From Polyangiaceae bacterium (lineage in GTDB: Bacteria > Myxococcota_A > Polyangia > Polyangiales > Polyangiaceae), in assembly GCA_050287085.1 (NCBI GenBank), contig JBNKBE010000004.1:224288-288287 (forward strand): DNA of 64,000 nt, read 5' to 3'. Shown here in pieces: positions 8,996 through 18,708 of the stretch. Position 1 is the first letter of the stretch. Each line of letters begins with the position of its first letter. The notes beneath the pieces were generated by a model. The model had not been told where the DNA came from. It saw only the letters and a program-made list of their open reading frames with translations, and ran no database searches. The translations under genes and the position numbers were made by a program.

Positions 8996-9019
8996 GAGCC
9001 CTAAAGGCCTTGGGGGCTC
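8996..9019 (-). terminator. Hairpin just after rpsB (possible attenuator or stability element)
   Basis: GAGCCC...GGGCTC inverted repeat about 10 nt after the rpsB stop. No U-tract. Confidence 0.3.
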
Positions 9020-9029
9020 GTGGTCGCGA

Positions 9030-9848
9030 CTAGCGGCGGTAAACAACCGTTTCCGACTGAAAGCCCTTGTCGCCTTGCTGCCCACCACCCTGGTCACGCC
9101 GCCGTGAGGCGCCGTACAAGCAAGCGTCGGCGATCGCGCCCGCAATCAGGCGGATGGAGCGGATGGCGTCATCGTTGCCCGGGATCGGGTACGAGATAGC
9201 GCTGGGATCGCAGTTCGAGTCGGTGATCGCAACGATGGGAATGTTGAGCTTGGTCGCCTCAGCGATCGCGATGCCCTCTTGCGTGGGATCGATGATGAAG
9301 ATCGCAGACGGTAGTGAGCTCATGCCCTTCAAGCCGCCGATGTACTTCTCGAAACGAGCGCGCTCTTTCTCGAGCTGCGAGATCTCCTTCTTGGAGATAC
9401 TCTCGTAGGTTCCGTCCTCCGCCATACGCTCCAAGGTGCGCAAGCGCTCGAGGCCACCCTTGATGGTGCGGAAGTTGGTGAGAGTACCGCCGAGCCAGCG
9501 GTTGATCACGTAGTACTGACCCGCGCGAGCCGCCTCATCGCGAACGATGTCCTGGGCCTGACGCTTGGTCCCCACAAACAGGATGTGACCACCGCGGGCC
9601 ACGCTGTCCATGATGAAGGAAAACGCCGTCCGGAAGAGCGAAACGGTCTGATCGAGGTCGATGATGTGAACCCCATTACGAGCCCCGTAGAGGTAGGGGC
9701 GCATCTTGGGATTCCAACGACGCGTTTGATGCCCGAAGTGAACTCCCGCCTCGAATAGATCTCGGACGGTGACGGGCTCATCGGGGTTGCAGAGAGGGCG
9801 AGCAGGGTCGTGTGCCTCAGCAGGCACTTGATTTTCGATTTCAGACAT
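9030..9848 (-). CDS. rpsB: 30S ribosomal protein S2
   Basis: '[19 protein letters not shown]', '[10 protein letters not shown]', '[12 protein letters not shown]'. RBS AAAGGAG before ATG 9848. Confidence 0.98.
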   Translation of the reverse strand: MSEIENQVPAEAHDPARPLCNPDEPVTVRDLFEAGVHFGHQTRRWNPKMRPYLYGARNGVHIIDLDQTVSLFRTAFSFIMDSVARGGHILFVGTKRQAQDIVRDEAARAGQYYVINRWLGGTLTNFRTIKGGLERLRTLERMAEDGTYESISKKEISQLEKERARFEKYIGGLKGMSSLPSAIFIIDPTQEGIAIAEATKLNIPIVAITDSNCDPSAISYPIPGNDDAIRSIRLIAGAIADACLYGASRRRDQGGGQQGDKGFQSETVVYRR

Positions 9849-9863
9849 GCGCTGACTCCTTTC

Positions 9864-9946
9864 GGTTGTGCAATCGCCCCGCAGTTTCACCAACTCCGAC
9901 AAAGGCCGGAGCACCGGGATGAAAACTACGCGCGCGGGACGTGAGT
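9864..9946 (-). ncRNA. rpsB 5' leader (t44-like, S2 autoregulatory structure)
   Basis: Minus-strand nested stems CGUCCCGC/GCGGGGCG, GUAGUUUUCAUC/GGUGAAACUGC and CUCCGGC/GUCGGAG, plus GGUGC...GCACAACC complementarity, directly upstream of the rpsB RBS. Confidence 0.7.
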
Positions 9947-10044
9947 TTCAGGGCGGCGACTTCTACGGCATCAGGGGCTCTTCGTAAAGCAAGCGCTCAG
10001 ATGTGTCCGGCTCAGGAGCCAAGGGCGCTCGGATTGCCACGTCC

Positions 10045-11778
10045 CTAGAGTCCCGAACCGGGCATCTTACGTCCGCCTATGACGCGCGGTGGGTCGGGCG
10101 CGGGTGCTGGCGTCTCTGCGTGGGGGCGTTTGCGAGCGGCCGGAGCAGGTGGCGTGGCCTGCGGGGAGCGCGCGACGGAGCTTGGTGCGCTGCTAGCGGG
10201 CTGCGGCGGGGCCGCACTGACGGACGCCCTCTCGTGCCGTTCGGGGGGAGGCGCGTGCGGCGCGCTTGGGCCGGCTGCGGAGGGCGGAGCTTCTCCGGAG
10301 GGCGGTGCTTCTGCGGAGGGCGGTGCTTCTGCCAACCCGCTCGCCACTGGGGGCGGCGCTGGTGGTGGTACGGCAACCGGCGGGCGAGAGCCCGAAGCGA
10401 TCGCCGAGTCGGCTTCGGCCGAGGCCTCCAGCGCGTGCTCCGAGGCGACCGGTGCTGACGACGAGACGCCTTGGAGCTGGGAGTCGGTGGTCTGCATTTG
10501 ACGCGTGAAGAACCAGAGCGCGATAGCACCCGCACCGGCGGCGGAGCCGCCTAGGGCGGCCACCACGAAACGCCGCCAACCGTGCGGGCGAAAAGTCGCG
10601 GCCCAGGGTAGCCACTCGGGATTCGTAGACACCGGGGGGGGCGTTGCGTGGGCTGTTCCTCGCCGGAGTTCGACCGCGACTGGAGACGGACTATGGCTCG
10701 AGAGCGCCGCATCATCCGACGCGACCCCGCCCTCATCCGCAGCGGGGGCTGCGGCCACGAGCAACGGCGAAGGATCGGAGCGCGCTGCAGTTTCTTCTTC
10801 GCGATCTACGTCCGGCTCCACTTCGAACAGCACTCGGTCGTTGAGGGCCGCCAGGTCGGGCCCTGGATCCTCCAACCCGAGTCGCTGCTCCCCCACCCCG
10901 GGCGCACCGGACGGGCGTGGGTGGCGGGCTCGCCAGAAATTTCGAAGCAGGTTCCCCACTCGCTCGGCTCCCGCGGGTCGATGGTCTGGCTCCTTCGAGA
11001 GCAGTTGAGCGACCAACTCTTCGATCGGGGCGGGCACGCCGGGCAGCAGCGTCGACAAGCGCGGCGGTCGTTTCGTGAGGTGGGCGATGAAGATCTCGTT
11101 CGAGTCGGCACCCTCAAAGGGGCTCTGACCGGTGAGCATTTCAAAGAGCACCAGTCCGAGGGCGTAGAGATCGGCCCGACCGTCGATGGGCTTGCCCTGG
11201 GCCTGCTCCGGCGACATGTAGCGAGGGGTGCCAATTGCGACGCCCTGCCCCGTCAGGTGCTGGGGGCGCTCACTCAGGAACTTCGCGATTCCAAAGTCGA
11301 GCAGTTTGGTGGGGCCACCACGCACCACGAAGATGTTGGGAGGCTTGACGTCGCGATGCACGACGCCGTTCTTGTGTGCCTCAGCGAGCCCGTCGGCCAC
11401 ATCCGCGGCGATACGCACTGCGTGCTCCAGGGGTAGACGCCCGAGTCGTCGCAACACGGTCCCCAGGTGCTCGCCGTAGAGGCGCTCCATGACGAAGTAC
11501 GGGACTCCGCGGCGCGTGAGGCCTGCGTCCGTGACCGAGACGATGTTCCGGTGGTGTAGCTGTCCCAGAGACCGCCACTCGTTTCGCAGTCGCGTTGCAA
11601 GGTCTTCGCGCGAGGAGAGCTCCTCCAGCAGGGCTTTGAGCACGAAGTGTTTGCCGAGCTCGATATGCTCGACCTCGTAAACAGAGCCCATGCCGCCCCG
11701 TCCAATCAGGGATACGACGCGATACGTCGTCCCTGGGACTGGCTGACCAGGCTGAAACTCGTCACCTGTTTCCACCAT
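10045..11778 (-). CDS. Eukaryotic-like membrane Ser/Thr protein kinase with Pro/Ala-rich C-terminal tail
   Basis: GRGGMGSVY, HRDVKPPN, DFG, GTPRYMSPEQ and DLYALG motifs are intact. TM segment 'FVVAALGGSAAGAGAIALWFF'. Confidence 0.95.
   Translation of the reverse strand: MVETGDEFQPGQPVPGTTYRVVSLIGRGGMGSVYEVEHIELGKHFVLKALLEELSSREDLATRLRNEWRSLGQLHHRNIVSVTDAGLTRRGVPYFVMERLYGEHLGTVLRRLGRLPLEHAVRIAADVADGLAEAHKNGVVHRDVKPPNIFVVRGGPTKLLDFGIAKFLSERPQHLTGQGVAIGTPRYMSPEQAQGKPIDGRADLYALGLVLFEMLTGQSPFEGADSNEIFIAHLTKRPPRLSTLLPGVPAPIEELVAQLLSKEPDHRPAGAERVGNLLRNFWRARHPRPSGAPGVGEQRLGLEDPGPDLAALNDRVLFEVEPDVDREEETAARSDPSPLLVAAAPAADEGGVASDDAALSSHSPSPVAVELRRGTAHATPPPVSTNPEWLPWAATFRPHGWRRFVVAALGGSAAGAGAIALWFFTRQMQTTDSQLQGVSSSAPVASEHALEASAEADSAIASGSRPPVAVPPPAPPPVASGLAEAPPSAEAPPSGEAPPSAAGPSAPHAPPPERHERASVSAAPPQPASSAPSSVARSPQATPPAPAARKRPHAETPAPAPDPPRVIGGRKMPGSGL
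10278..10331. repeat. 3 x 18-bp coding tandem repeat (AEAPPS) in the kinase tail
   Basis: Three copies of cggagggcgg(a/t)gcttct(c/g). Confidence 0.85.
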
Positions 11779-11923
11779 TGGCGCGTAGGAAGAGAGCAGC
11801 TGTTAGCACACACTTCGGCCGGGCGGAACGGCCAAACCCCAAGTCGGCCCACTTAAGCAAGAGCCGGAGACGGGACCGCGTTCCCCTTCCCGGGCCCCAC
11901 GATTTGCAATATGAGGCAAAGCG

Positions 11924-12214
11924 ATGCCCCTCTCACGAAAGCAAGTCGAGCACGTGGCGACGCTGGCGCGCTTGCGCCTGACCCCGGAGGAGACGGACTC
12001 ACTCACGCGTGAGCTCGGTGCCATTCTCAGTCACGTCGATCAGCTTGCAGCTCTGAATACGGAGAACGTCCAGCCGACCGAGTTTCTTGCTGTCCCTCAC
12101 CTCCCCTTGCGCCACGATGAGGCCACCCCGGGCGTGACCCACGAGGCCGCTCTGGCCCCGGCTCCCAGCGTGCTGAGCGAGGGCTTCCGCGTCCCGGCGT
12201 TCGTGGACGATTGA
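11924..12214 (+). CDS. gatC: Asp/Glu-tRNA amidotransferase subunit C
   Basis: 'VEHVATLARLRL...LGAILSHVDQL..LNTENVQPT...ALAPAP....GFRVP'. Upstream of gatA. Confidence 0.95.
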   Translation: MPLSRKQVEHVATLARLRLTPEETDSLTRELGAILSHVDQLAALNTENVQPTEFLAVPHLPLRHDEATPGVTHEAALAPAPSVLSEGFRVPAFVDD

Positions 12215-12231
12215 ACGCGGCCTGGAGATCC

Positions 12232-13722
12232 ATGACCTGCTTCTTATCCGTATCCGAACTCACGCGCGCCCTGACGGCAGGCGAGCTCACCGCTGAGACC
12301 GTCGTCGGCGACGCGTTGGCCCAGGCTGAGAAATCAAAGTCCCTCAATGCCTGGCTCTGCCTCAATGACAAAGCGCTGGACGAAGCGCGAGCCGTTGATG
12401 CGGCCCGCGGGCGAGGCGAGGCATTGGGCCCGCTTGCCGGGATCCCGGTGTTGGTCAAAGACGCCATCTGCACTCGGGGTATGCCCACTACGGCTGCGTC
12501 CAAGATCCTCACGCGCGACGGCCACTCGTACGCGACTGGCTGGGTTCCCGACTACGACGCAACCGTGATCGAGCGCTTGCGCCGCGCGGGTGCCGTCCTT
12601 CTTGGCAAGGCCAATATGGACGAATTTGCCATGGGTTCGTCGACGGAGAATTCCGCATTTGGAGATGCCAAGAATCCATGGGCCCCAGACCGTACCCCAG
12701 GGGGGTCTTCCGGCGGCAGTGCTGCTGCGGTTGCGGCGGGCATGGCGCCGCTCTCCTTGGGAAGCGATACGGGGGGGTCGATCCGTCAGCCTGCGGCGCT
12801 GTCGGGGGTTGTTGGGGTCAAGCCGTCCTATGGGCGGGTATCGCGCTACGGGCTCATCGCTTTCGGTTCGAGTTTAGACCAGATCGGCCCGTTCAGCCGT
12901 GACGTGCAGGGGGCGGCGTTGGCTCTTGAAGTCATTGCTGGCGCCTGTGACCGTGACTCCACCTGTTCACCAGCTCCCATCGGAGCTTATGCCGCCGCCT
13001 GCAAGAAGGACGTGGCGGGGCTACGCATTGGCATTCCGGAAGAGTACTTTGGGGACGGCTTGAGCGACGAGGTGCGAGCTGGTGTCGAAGCTGTGATCGA
13101 CGCCCTCAAGAGCCAAGGTGCCACGACCAAAGCGGTTCGAATGCCCCACACGCACTACGGTGTTTCGACCTACTACCTGCTGGCAACGGCCGAAGCGTCG
13201 AGCAATTTGTCTCGCTTTGATGGCGTTCGCTACGGTCTGAGAGAAGAGCTGCGAGGGGATGGTCTCGCCGAGCTCTATGCCCGTTCGCGCGAGGCGGGGT
13301 TTGGGCCGGAGGTTAAGCGCCGCATCATGCTGGGGACCTACGCACTCAGTTCCGGGTACTACGACGCCTATTACAAGAAGGCGCAGAAGGTCCGCACCCT
13401 GATACGTGAAGACTTCGATGCGGCCTTTGCCGAAGTCGACGCATTGATCACTCCGAGCACGCCCACGGTGGCCTTCAAACTCGGCGAAAAGAGCGATCCC
13501 TTGCAGATGTACTTGGCGGACGTCTACACCCTGCCGGCAAGTCTCGCGGGCATCGCCGGGATCTCGCTCCCGGCGGGTTTCAGCACGCCCCAGGATGGCG
13601 CGCCGGCGTTGCCGATAGGCGTGCAAATCCTGACGCCCGCCTTTGCGGAGGAGCGCATGTTCCAGCTCGCAGCCGCGTGGGAGCGCCAGAACCCGACGGC
13701 CCATGCGACTCCCGCGTTCTGA
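12232..13722 (+). CDS. gatA: Asp/Glu-tRNA amidotransferase subunit A
   Basis: Amidase signature 'GKANMDEFAMGSSTENS', 'PGGSSGGSAAAV', 'GSDTGGSIRQPA', 'EVKRRIMLGTYALSSGYYDAYY'. RBS GGAG before ATG 12232. Confidence 0.97.
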   Translation: MTCFLSVSELTRALTAGELTAETVVGDALAQAEKSKSLNAWLCLNDKALDEARAVDAARGRGEALGPLAGIPVLVKDAICTRGMPTTAASKILTRDGHSYATGWVPDYDATVIERLRRAGAVLLGKANMDEFAMGSSTENSAFGDAKNPWAPDRTPGGSSGGSAAAVAAGMAPLSLGSDTGGSIRQPAALSGVVGVKPSYGRVSRYGLIAFGSSLDQIGPFSRDVQGAALALEVIAGACDRDSTCSPAPIGAYAAACKKDVAGLRIGIPEEYFGDGLSDEVRAGVEAVIDALKSQGATTKAVRMPHTHYGVSTYYLLATAEASSNLSRFDGVRYGLREELRGDGLAELYARSREAGFGPEVKRRIMLGTYALSSGYYDAYYKKAQKVRTLIREDFDAAFAEVDALITPSTPTVAFKLGEKSDPLQMYLADVYTLPASLAGIAGISLPAGFSTPQDGAPALPIGVQILTPAFAEERMFQLAAAWERQNPTAHATPAF

Positions 13723-13723
13723 G

Positions 13724-14659
13724 GTGCAGGCGGAGCTGCCAGCGGCGCCAGCGCCTGTGAACACCCCGTCGAATCCGGCGCCGTCCGGAGTTGTGGTGGT
13801 GGACAAGCCCGAGGGGCCCACGAGTTTTCAAGTGGTAGCTCAGGCGAGGCGCGTGTTCGGCACCCGTCGCATCGGTCACGCGGGCACGCTCGATCCGATG
13901 GCCACCGGCGTGCTGTTGCTGCTGGTGGGCGAGGCCGCCAAGCTGTCGGAGTATCTTACCGGTCAGAACAAGGCCTACGAGGCGACGATCGAATTCGGGG
14001 TGGAAACCGATACGCTGGACCGCCAAGGCTCGGTCGTGGCACAGCGGACGATCTCGCCCGGCGAGCTAACACGTCAGCGCGTGGAGTTTGCGCTGCAGCA
14101 GGAACTGACCCGGACCGAGCAGGTGCCGCCCAGCTATTCGGCACTCAAGGTGGAGGGCCGACGCGCCTACGCTCTCAGTCGTAGTGGGCAAGAGGTGCAA
14201 CTGGCACCTCGCGCCGTCCGACTGCATGCCGCGCAGATCTTGGAGTTCTCCGGCGTTCTTCTGCGCTTGGCCATCAAGAGCTCCAAGGGGTACTACGTGC
14301 GCGCGCTGGCGCGTGATCTGGGTGCAGCCCTCGGAGTCCCCGCGCACCTCAGCGCTTTGCGGCGCACGGAGAGTGGCCCGTTCTCCCTGGACGACGCTTG
14401 CGCCTGGCCGCCGGAGTCCCCACCCCCACTGCTAGATTGCGCGGCGGCGGCTCGCGCAGCATTGCCCTGTGTTACCTTGACGGACGCGGGTGTTCTCTTT
14501 GCGCGACAGGGCAAGAAGCTGCAGCGTGAGGACTTCACCACGCCCCCACCCGAGACGATGGGCGCGTGGCTCAACGCTGAGGGAGCGCTGGTGGCGCTGG
14601 GCTATCGGGACGAGACGGGCTTCCGAGTGAAGCGAGGCTTTACCGAAGTGGTTCGCTAA
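13724..14659 (+). CDS. truB: tRNA pseudouridine(55) synthase
   Basis: 'VVVDKPEGPTS', 'IGHAGTLDPMATGVL', 'QVPPSYSALKVEGRRAY', 'SKGYYVRALARDLG'. Start approximate. Confidence 0.95.
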   Translation: MQAELPAAPAPVNTPSNPAPSGVVVVDKPEGPTSFQVVAQARRVFGTRRIGHAGTLDPMATGVLLLLVGEAAKLSEYLTGQNKAYEATIEFGVETDTLDRQGSVVAQRTISPGELTRQRVEFALQQELTRTEQVPPSYSALKVEGRRAYALSRSGQEVQLAPRAVRLHAAQILEFSGVLLRLAIKSSKGYYVRALARDLGAALGVPAHLSALRRTESGPFSLDDACAWPPESPPPLLDCAAAARAALPCVTLTDAGVLFARQGKKLQREDFTTPPPETMGAWLNAEGALVALGYRDETGFRVKRGFTEVVR

Positions 14660-14694
14660 TTCCGGCGGGTGGGAGCAGAACGGGCGGCGGCCGA

Positions 14695-15558
14695 TCAGGC
14701 TCTGAGGTAGGTGGGGCGAGACCCGGAAGGTGGGGGGCTCGGCTCAGCCATCGGGAGCGCGGCCCGTGGGAAAGCCCGTGGGGTCACGGTCTCTGGGGTT
14801 GGCGCCTGCAGCGTCACAGTTCGAACCGCTCCGACGTCTCGCAACTGAGCTACGATTTCATCCCCGCGCAGCGCTGCCCCTCCCGGAAGGAACAACTCCA
14901 CACAGACGCCGGCTTCCGGCGTGTAGGCAAACGAGAGCTCCGCGCCGGCGAGTTCACCCACTCCACCGACCTCCAGCTTGAGCTCGTGGGAGCGCCCGGC
15001 GCGGGTATGCCAGAAGCGCCGTACCCAGCCGTCCGCGAGCACCGCAGCCTGGGCGGCCGCGCCCTGGACTGGGGTCGGTGTGCAAGGGGCTTCACCGAGT
15101 AGCGAGCCAGCGCCCGTACTCGGTGGCAGCGCCCCAGACATGGCAGGGCTGCTCGGCTCCCCGAAGGGGACGGGCTCCGCGGCGTCGCGGCCGGGTGTGT
15201 CCTGCTCGCTGGCATCCGCCGCTGGAGCTTCGCTCACCGCCGAAGGCGCCCAGCCGCCGGGTGCGTGAGTCGGAGCGCGCCCCAGAGCGAAGCGCTGCGG
15301 GTCATCGTGTCCCGCTTCGGACATAGGCCATGGGGCCGGTAGGGTGCCAACTTGGAGCTGTCCCGGGCCCTGCAGCGCGCTCCTTCCCGACTGCCGGGCG
15401 CTCTGCAAAATGTCTTTGAAGTCGGGGTGTGAGCGCTCGCTTGGGGCCTGACTGGGGCGGCGTTGAGGGGCGCTTCCGAGATCACGGGGGGCGAGGGAGG
15501 AGTTGGCTTGCACCCTGCGCCTTCGCCCCGGCGCTTCCCCAGTTGCGCGCTTCGGCAT
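14695..15558 (-). CDS. Hypothetical Pro/Ala-rich protein with a possible FliK/SctP-like C-terminal domain
   Basis: Long ORF filling the gap between truB and the CBS gene. Disordered N-terminus, then a compact 'HELKLEVGGVGELAGAELSF...GVCVELFLP...IVAQLRDVG' segment. Confidence 0.5.
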   Translation of the reverse strand: MPKRATGEAPGRRRRVQANSSLAPRDLGSAPQRRPSQAPSERSHPDFKDILQSARQSGRSALQGPGQLQVGTLPAPWPMSEAGHDDPQRFALGRAPTHAPGGWAPSAVSEAPAADASEQDTPGRDAAEPVPFGEPSSPAMSGALPPSTGAGSLLGEAPCTPTPVQGAAAQAAVLADGWVRRFWHTRAGRSHELKLEVGGVGELAGAELSFAYTPEAGVCVELFLPGGAALRGDEIVAQLRDVGAVRTVTLQAPTPETVTPRAFPRAALPMAEPSPPPSGSRPTYLRA

Positions 15559-15671
15559 GGAACTTCTGCTTCCCTCGGGGACCGGAGGCGCTTATGCTTG
15601 TTCGAGTCGGGCTTTTCCGACCACGGCTTGGAGCGGTCGTCAAGGCCCATTGCCATGGCTCCGCTGGTACA

Positions 15672-16925
15672 TTGGAACCTCCAGAACCTTCGCTGGTCCT
15701 CATAGGACTTTTGCCCGTCATCCCCGCCGCCCTATTTGCCGCGTGTTCCGCGGTATTGGGAGCGGTGCCCAAGGCGCGCCTGGCCGCTGTACACGAGACC
15801 TTGAGCGGAAAACGTCGCTGGGCCGTGGGCAGGTTTCTTGAAACCGAAGAGCGGATCCGTGCACGCTGGTTGGTGTGGATAGCCACAGCCTTGCTCGCGT
15901 CCTGCGCCCTGCTGGTGAGTTGTGGAGTGAGTGCCTGGGCCGCCGCCGGTTTGAGCCTGGGTGCTTTTGTCCCCTTAGCGTTGATGCTTCGGGCCATTGG
16001 GACCGGAAATGCCGACGCCCACGTGAGCACGTGGCTCTTGATTGCGGCGCCGCTGGACAGCCTCTTGCTGCCCCTAGTTGATCCCTGGGTGGCCCTATTC
16101 GCTCCACTCCGTCGTATGGGCGGCGCCCGCGCGGCGCTCGGGCCTGACATTGCGGGGAGCGAAGTCGAGATCCTCGTCAGCGAAGGGGAGCAACGGGGTG
16201 CATTCGATCACGAGCAGTCGGAGATGCTGCGCAACGTGCTCGACTTCGGGCAGACGCAGATTGGCGAGTTGATGGTGCCGCGCATGCAGGTGACGGCCAT
16301 TGCTCTAGCGACCCCCGTCGACGAATTGCTCAAGCTGGTCGCTCAAAGCGAACACTCCCGTTATCCGGTTTATCGCGAAGCCATCGATAACATCGTGGGC
16401 ATTCTTCATCTGAAGGATCTCTTTCTATTCATGTCGCGCACGAAGAGCAGCAACATAGTGCTCGAGCAGTTGCTGCGAAAGGCGGCCTTCTCCCCGGAGA
16501 CCCAACCCGCGTCCAAGGTGCTGGAGGAAATGCGCGCAGGGGGCCACCACATGAGCATCGTCATCGACGAATACGGCGGGATGAGCGGCATCGTCACCCT
16601 GGAGGACCTGCTCGAAGAGATCGTGGGCGATATTCGAGATGAATACGACGACGAAGATCCGCCCATCGTTAGGCTGAAGAACGGCGCAGTCCTCGTCGAC
16701 GCCAGTGTGCCGATAGCTGAGCTCGAAAGAGAGGCCGGCATCGAGCTGCCCGATAGTGGAGAGTACAACTCGGTCGGCGGCTTTGTCGTCGAGGAGTTGG
16801 GGTGTGTGCCCGAAGCGGGCACAGTCTTCGAGCATCAAGGGTTTCGCTTCACGGTGCGCACGGCTGATGAGCGGCGCGTCTCGAAGGTCGAGATCTTCCC
16901 GCTCATGCTACAGGCTACCGGCTAG
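15672..16925 (+). CDS. Hemolysin/CNNM family protein (TM domain + CBS pair + CorC_HlyC domain)
   Basis: N-terminal TM helices, 'LMVPRMQV', 'HSRYPVY...DNIVGILHLKDL', 'VIDEYGGMSGIVTLEDLLEEIVGDIRDEYD', 'YNSVGGFV'. TTG 15672 start is inferred. Confidence 0.92.
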   Translation: MEPPEPSLVLIGLLPVIPAALFAACSAVLGAVPKARLAAVHETLSGKRRWAVGRFLETEERIRARWLVWIATALLASCALLVSCGVSAWAAAGLSLGAFVPLALMLRAIGTGNADAHVSTWLLIAAPLDSLLLPLVDPWVALFAPLRRMGGARAALGPDIAGSEVEILVSEGEQRGAFDHEQSEMLRNVLDFGQTQIGELMVPRMQVTAIALATPVDELLKLVAQSEHSRYPVYREAIDNIVGILHLKDLFLFMSRTKSSNIVLEQLLRKAAFSPETQPASKVLEEMRAGGHHMSIVIDEYGGMSGIVTLEDLLEEIVGDIRDEYDDEDPPIVRLKNGAVLVDASVPIAELEREAGIELPDSGEYNSVGGFVVEELGCVPEAGTVFEHQGFRFTVRTADERRVSKVEIFPLMLQATG

Positions 16926-17056
16926 GGGCAACCCTAAGCCAGCGACAGGGTTCTGTCCGAGCGACGCGGGCGTTGTCTCAGGGGCAGCGGCGGGTCAAGA
17001 GGCGGCACCAGGCCGCCATTGGCCTAGCGGCAGCTGCGCTGGCACCTGGCGCCCCC

Positions 17057-17104
17057 GAGTGCTCGAGCCATAGAGTGCTCGAGCCATAGAGTGCTCGAGC
17101 CATA
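17057..17104. repeat. 3 x 16-bp perfect intergenic tandem repeat
   Basis: GAGTGCTCGAGCCATA three times without spacers. Confidence 0.95.
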
Positions 17105-17135
17105 AGAAAAGGCGACCCTTTCGAGTCGCCCTTTC
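17105..17135 (-). terminator. Intrinsic terminator of the 17177-18457 gene
   Basis: Minus strand GGCGACTC-GAAA-GGGTCGCC followed by TTTTCT. Confidence 0.8.
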
Positions 17136-17176
17136 GATATTCCAGAAACCCGCCAGCTAAGGGCGGCGGGCCGTGT

Positions 17177-18457
17177 TCAGCCGGGACCACCAATCTTGCG
17201 GAGCTGATCCGAAAGATCGTTGCCTAGGTCAAGCAGTCCCTTCACCGGACGGGCTTCGTTGCGCGTGTCCCCATTGATCTCTAAGCGGAGATCGTAGAGA
17301 GCGCTCTGCAGCTGCCCGGTGAAGTTGTTGGGACATACCTGGCTTTCCGTGCTCGGGTCGACGGGCAGTGCTTCCGCGTCTCCCCGGGAGAGATCACCCT
17401 TGGTGTAACGGTGCACCTTGGCCAGCTCACTCGGCCAATCTTTTCCGAGTTCAAAGGCTGGATCCAACGGGGTCAGTTTTATCCACGGTCCTTTCGGACC
17501 CGAGGCAACAACTGCACCCCAGTGGGCCTTGGGGGCTGTCTTCTCAGCGGCAACGGTCTCGAACTGCGTCTTGACCGCGCCAAAGAGGCGCCGAACCTTG
17601 TCGCGTTGGGCTTCTGTCCTCTCGACCGCATTGGTGTATTGCAGGAGGAGGGTTACGGCGGTTTGGTTGAAACGCCCAATTCCCTTGCCCACCAGATTGG
17701 ACCCGTCAAACGGGATATCTAGGCCGCCCAAAGCCTCGATTTCACTCGACGGGTATTCCCCCGCCGAAACGCGTTCGAAGGCCTTCTTCAACAAGTCCTC
17801 CAGCTTTGAAGCTTCCTGGTTCGCCTTGTCGATCTCCGTGATCAGCGACTGAGCTCCCTCGATGGCCGCGGCGGCGCCTTCGTTGCCCTTGACGCCCTGC
17901 CCGATGACAAAGCCAAGACCCATGCCGATTACGGCGGTGGACAAAGCGAGCATCATCGTCTTCTTGCGCCCCGCCTTGCGTGCAGCGATGACCTCTTCCC
18001 CCATGTCCATGCGGATCTGCAGAGGAGCGGCTGCTATTGGCGCTGCGGGGATTGCCGCCGCTGCGGTGGGGAGCGAGCCGGGGATCGCGGCGGGGGCAGC
18101 CGGTGTCGATGGCACCCCGAAGCCACGTGGCGGCGGGACGGAGATGCCACCAAAGCCACTGGGAGCTGCCGCAGGTTCACGACGGACCGCCGCGCCCACG
18201 GGACCCGGAGCTGGCTGCGTGCTGAGCCCGGGCAAGGGACTCTGCGAAGGTGTCGCAAGCACTGGAGGTGCGGCGGCCGGCAGACCCTCTCCGGGAGCCG
18301 ATGCGTCCGCGCCGGAAGGAAAGGCAGCGGGTGGAATACCACTTGCCCCGGACGACACATCGGTGGGGACCTGAGCCGGAGGTGGAGCAGCGCTTGGAGC
18401 GCCGGATTTACGCCCTAGACGGGCTTTGAGGTCAATTTTGGGCTTTGCTGCGGCCAT
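17177..18457 (-). CDS. Hypothetical bitopic membrane protein (Pro/Ala-rich cytoplasmic part, one TM helix, helical C-terminal domain)
   Basis: RBS GAGGAG. N-terminus 'KPKIDLKARLGRK', TM 'MMLALSTAVIGMGLGFVIG', and its own terminator. Confidence 0.85.
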   Translation of the reverse strand: MAAAKPKIDLKARLGRKSGAPSAAPPPAQVPTDVSSGASGIPPAAFPSGADASAPGEGLPAAAPPVLATPSQSPLPGLSTQPAPGPVGAAVRREPAAAPSGFGGISVPPPRGFGVPSTPAAPAAIPGSLPTAAAAIPAAPIAAAPLQIRMDMGEEVIAARKAGRKKTMMLALSTAVIGMGLGFVIGQGVKGNEGAAAAIEGAQSLITEIDKANQEASKLEDLLKKAFERVSAGEYPSSEIEALGGLDIPFDGSNLVGKGIGRFNQTAVTLLLQYTNAVERTEAQRDKVRRLFGAVKTQFETVAAEKTAPKAHWGAVVASGPKGPWIKLTPLDPAFELGKDWPSELAKVHRYTKGDLSRGDAEALPVDPSTESQVCPNNFTGQLQSALYDLRLEINGDTRNEARPVKGLLDLGNDLSDQLRKIGGPG

Positions 18458-18708
18458 CTAACTCCTCAAACTCTCGCGAGCGGGGTGAATTTCATTACCG
18501 TCACAGCATAATTGGACGGGCCGACACCCTAGCCATGGGCCCTCATTTGGGCAACATGAATTACACCGTCCTCGGAGCGCCTTGCCCGACGGCCGGACGC
18601 CAGCGGAGCCGCTCCTTCCATCCAGGGTGTGGAATTTTCTCGATACCGGCGTTGGTTCGTGGCGTGCTCCCGCGGCCTGCTTCACTGCGGTTGAGCGCTC
18701 AAGACCTC

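Noticed and set aside
17057..17104. Possible CRISPR array
   Set aside because: Units are only 16 bp, contiguous and without spacers, and no cas genes are present. The same applies to 48737-48783.
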